NCBI GenBank assembly: GCA_964016885.1
Contig: OZ024749.1
Location: 49,662,001-49,726,000 of the forward strand
Source: Eledone cirrhosa
Lineage: Eukaryota
DNA: 64,000 bases
Reading direction: 5' to 3'
The notes under the pieces were generated by a model, which did no database searches, was not told the DNA's origin, and worked only from the letters and a program-made list of their open reading frames with translations. Shown one piece after another: positions 59,855 to 64,000 of the stretch. Position 1 is the stretch's first letter; each line of letters opens with the position of its first letter. The translations under genes and the position numbers were made by a program.

Positions 59855-59949
59855 GCTATTGTTTCCTCCCGTTTCATTGTATTTTCTACGCCATCTTTTG
59901 GCCATCAAGATGGCGTTGAAAATACAATGCAACGGAAGGAAATAATAGC

Positions 59950-59991
59950 ACCACTGACGATGTTGCAGATGTGCAACGAAATAACATTGAT
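59950..59991 (+). ncRNA. Hammerhead core (right arm)
   Basis: ACCA-CTGACGA-(T)GTTGCA GATG TGCAAC-GAAA; stems III and I are partly degenerate. Confidence 0.6.
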
Positions 59992-62175
59992 AGACTATAT
60001 ATATGTGTTTGTGTCTATATGTATCAGTATTTTTTACCGTTGGTCAGTCAATAGCAATATTGAGGACTGAATAAATTAAATTAACCGATATAAAAGACAC
60101 AGAAGCAAAAAGCGAAAACCAACCAAACAGTGAATGTGTTCTGTTATTAATTCTGGCAATATTACACAAATATGACCCTCCCCTTAAAATCACACAAATA
60201 GAACGATCAACTAAATAGTAACATGTAAATACACAAATAAATAAACAAATATAAACACACACAGACACCCGGATGTAACACATGCGCAAACTAAGCACAC
60301 AACACACACAAAAACAAGATAGCGCAGGACAGAACAAAGAAGGGGCACAAACACAAAGAAAATAATCCCCAGTCACAGAATATGTGACGAAATAACTTTG
60401 ACAATATATAAACAATACATTTAGCCTAACTAGATCTAGAGGTCTCTAATTCCCTTCGTATATGGTGTGCGCTAATTTCCATGATGATTTCTTTGTAATG
60501 GGTATTCTAATGAGCTGCATTGTCTATCATACAACACTGTGGCTGCGTTGTCTCTGCCTGCTTTATTTTGTTCATATAAATTAAAATAACTCACTAATTA
60601 TATGTGTATATATGTTAGTATGTATATAATATTTATTAAATTAAGTGGGTGTTCTAGTTTTGAAAGTGCCTGTTGATTTTCTGTTTGTTTGTTGCTTTTA
60701 CTATAGAACGCTGGATAATATATTTTGCGGTGTTTTTTTGTTCGAGTCTCTTCTGTGTTCAAATCTTGCTGATGTCACCTTTGTCTTTCATCCACTCTCG
60801 AGTTTTATAAGAGGATTACATTCCAGTACATGTGACTGTTAATCCTCTCTATATCTTGCAAACTTCCATTCTCATACACTCTTATCTTCTCTGCAAGAAA
60901 TCTGCTGTATTCATACCTGGAGAGGATATGGGCTCTGTAAGGTTTGAAAATACCTTAATGTAGCCGTATGTCAATACGATAGCCATACGATTCCCCCAGG
61001 AGTTACGTGAAAAAAAAGAGAAAAGAGAAAACGCCCCCTTCATCCGTTTATAGTATTCTCTAAAATACTATAACATAGTTAACGAATGTATATCTATTTA
61101 ATATTGTTTCATTTCCGAATGTATTTTGATAGATGCAGGTTGTAATAATATGCATACGAATTAATTGATTGTGTCATGAAGACTACATCTTTCATCGCTG
61201 CATTGATTGTACGTACTAAATGTTATGGTTTACTTGAGACTTGTTTTAGTTGTTGAGTGGGTTTCCACTGAAATCTTCTTGTAACATGATTGTAAATTGT
61301 AACCAGTATGTGTGTCGTTTGACGATTTTTAATGTGTGGCGAATATGGTGAATCACTGAGGTTTGGCTCGTTGGTAATTGCATGTACTGCTAATCTTTTA
61401 GAGTAGGCGTTATTAGAGTAATATGAGCTAATTTAATTTCATATTTAGATGAATCAAAACTTTTGACATTTAGGGTTAGGCGTGGGTCATGAACATTATT
61501 CCTAACAATCTTGACCTACAGCATCAAGATCAATTTGTTATGAGAAATGAAATGTAAACATCCACATAACCACTCATATTTCGACCAATTATTAACAGAC
61601 AATTCTCCTAAAACATTTATCTTATGAGAATCAGTAACATATAAGTTTCCATTGACTAGTTTATCTACTGTGATCATGAATCCCATATAACGCGGTATAG
61701 ACAGGAAGCCTCTACTTTGACACATAAGCTGATTGATCTAAGAGACACATATCTTTTCATTCACCACTGTATCATTTCAAATAATGTCAGAATCAATTTA
61801 ATGTTATACATAAATGTGCAACACTAACTACCAGGGTATATGCATGATACCTCTGACCAACATTTCAACAGCTGAAACTGGTAATTCAAAATGTGTGTAA
61901 ATATGAAAGGGCGGATCAAAGTTTGTATAGACGGGACCTTACGATAACTCAAAATGGGATTTTACCATGAAGCAAAATGGAAAATATCATATATACACGC
62001 TAAAACATACATTTATGTTTTAAGAGTGTTCTAGATAAAAAGGCTAGCTATGCGTAACATATAGGCCAAAAGAGGAATGAGGTAATATAATCGAGAAAGT
62101 GAAACCAAAATACAATAACATTAATATGGAATACACATAAGATAATATTCATTACAATACATATCTATCTATTTA

Positions 62176-62235
<60 letters not shown>

Positions 62236-62689
62236 CATGTGCGTGTTTGATTTTGTGTGTATGTGTGTATGTATAATAGGTATATAGAGATCATTACTCT
62301 TATTGTTTTACTAGATTCCATTCACGAAATTACCTAATGGATATGGGGTAATGCTGCTCCTAATAGAATATCCATTGCTGAAACCACTTTCTAATCTTGA
62401 AGATTCGATGAAGGTTTCTCTCAACCAAATTATATATTACTCCGAACCCATTTAATAGATTAAATATCTTTGCAAACATCAATATGTTTAATACATTAAA
62501 TTAAATTAAATTTATTGCGTGTTGGCTACATATTCCATCCTATCGGTAAAATATCTGATCAGCGTCTCACATGAAATAATTAAAACTTAGAATTTTGGGA
62601 AACTGCAGAAATATGTCTAGTCAGAAAGACAAGAATTCATAGTAGAATCGACCAATTCTTTTATTACAAGGAAAAATTGAAGCGGTGTA

Positions 62690-62945
62690 TTGGCAGTATC
62701 GTTTGAGCGACTAAAAACATACCCATTTACTATCTGATTTCAAATCCTGCCGAAGTCAGCTTTGCTTTCGATCCTTACGATGTCGATAACATAAAGTAGC
62801 TGTAATGCACTTTAGTCGTTCTAATTGATTTTCCCTTTTCATAAAAAATGGTGGCGTTGAAAGTACTTTATGTTATCGACCTCGTAAGGATGAGTGGGAT
62901 AGCAAAACTCGGCGGGATTTGAAATCAGAACGTAAAACGGTCTAA
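62690..62945. mobile_element. Inverted pair of SINE family A copies
   Basis: Plus copy about 62690-62850 and minus copy about 62862-62945. Confidence 0.75.
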
Positions 62946-63113
62946 TTCTATACTACAAAGCTTGTTGTCCGAAACTCTACTGATAGAGTCAATAATAATA
63001 GTGGTGATGATGTTGATGATGATGATCTCCATATATAACACTTGAAAATGTCTAGCGAAATATACCAAGAGACAGAATAAAAATTAAAGAGAATCCTGTT
63101 AGGCATATAAATA

Positions 63114-63180
<67 letters not shown>

Positions 63181-64000
63181 ATATATGCATATATTTGCTT
63201 ATATATTTATACATACATTAATACTTATATACATTTTTTTTTACAATTCAGATTTTGATATATTTCGAGTTTATGCCCTAATTATGCGAATAAAAAAATA
63301 TTTCCGAGGAAGATACAAAACAGAAATGAAGTATTACATTGATATATACACATATTCAACATAACATATTTACTTAGACATACAGTAACGAAAATGAAAA
63401 CCAGCTAATATTGCATTTATATATCGGTAATTATACACATGAAATGAAATCCGCTCGTCATATTACGACGTATGCTCATGTATATTTTCTATTCAAGTAT
63501 ATTATTAAGTATGGATTTCCGATATTTAGATTCATATAGATTAATAATAAAAAGAAAATAGAATCAAAGCTCTATGTATATTGATATCTCCACGCAGTAG
63601 TGATGAGACAAATCATAAATGCAAACGTCTAACATCAGTTGAGTTAAAATATACGTAAACTGAAGTTATGCTTATTAATAAATTGAATCAAAGCACACAT
63701 AAGTAAACACGCATACACTTAAACAGAGAACATACACACACACACACACACATAAACACACACACACATAAACACACACACACACATACACATATATATA
63801 TATATTGATATGTACAGATGTTTATATATGAACGTGAGTGTGTGTGAGTGTAAGTGCCTATATATATATGTGTGTGTGTGTATGTGTGTGTGTTTGTGTG
63901 TACAAATGGACATATGTAAATTAACGAATAGAGCTATCTCTGATATAAGAGTTAACTTCTGTTGTTTTATATCATATATACGTTACAGACCAAAAGAAAT

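Larger units (their letters stand above)
59530..60420. mobile_element. Large head-to-head inverted pLTR pair with an HHR in each arm
   Basis: Arms of about 300 bp, 59596-59897 / 59907-60218, with a 9-nt loop. Each arm contains CTGACGA-GTTGCA/TGCAAC-GAAA. The left tail runs to (TA)n at about 59530. A further degenerate unit lies at about 60358-60410. Confidence 0.75.

Overview
AT-rich, microsatellite-saturated animal genomic DNA. The SINE families point to an octopod cephalopod (Octopus-like); this is inferred from recalled consensus sequences, not from a search. The only credible host gene is the first coding exon of a neuroligin-like (carboxylesterase type-B fold) gene on the minus strand (15040-15550), followed by an intron of more than 15 kb that runs off the left edge. 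The rest is tRNA-derived SINEs (two families), decayed LINEs (R4/Dong, RTE, CR1/L2-like), possible DNA-transposon scraps and very long (TA)n/(CA)n/(GA)n/trinucleotide arrays. The most interesting layer is a set of short, apparently non-coding elements embedded in (TA)n tracts. They carry type-I hammerhead ribozyme (HHR) cores (about 4197, 55510, 57856, 59813/59950) and/or form long asymmetric palindromes (3.8-4.6, 8.0-8.1, 37.1-37.3, 45.6-45.8, 56.0-56.3, 59.5-60.4 kb). In four of these palindromes the point of inversion falls inside the ribozyme. This matches Penelope-like element pseudo-LTRs or retrozyme-like derivatives. Almost all other ORFs in the track are translations of microsatellites.
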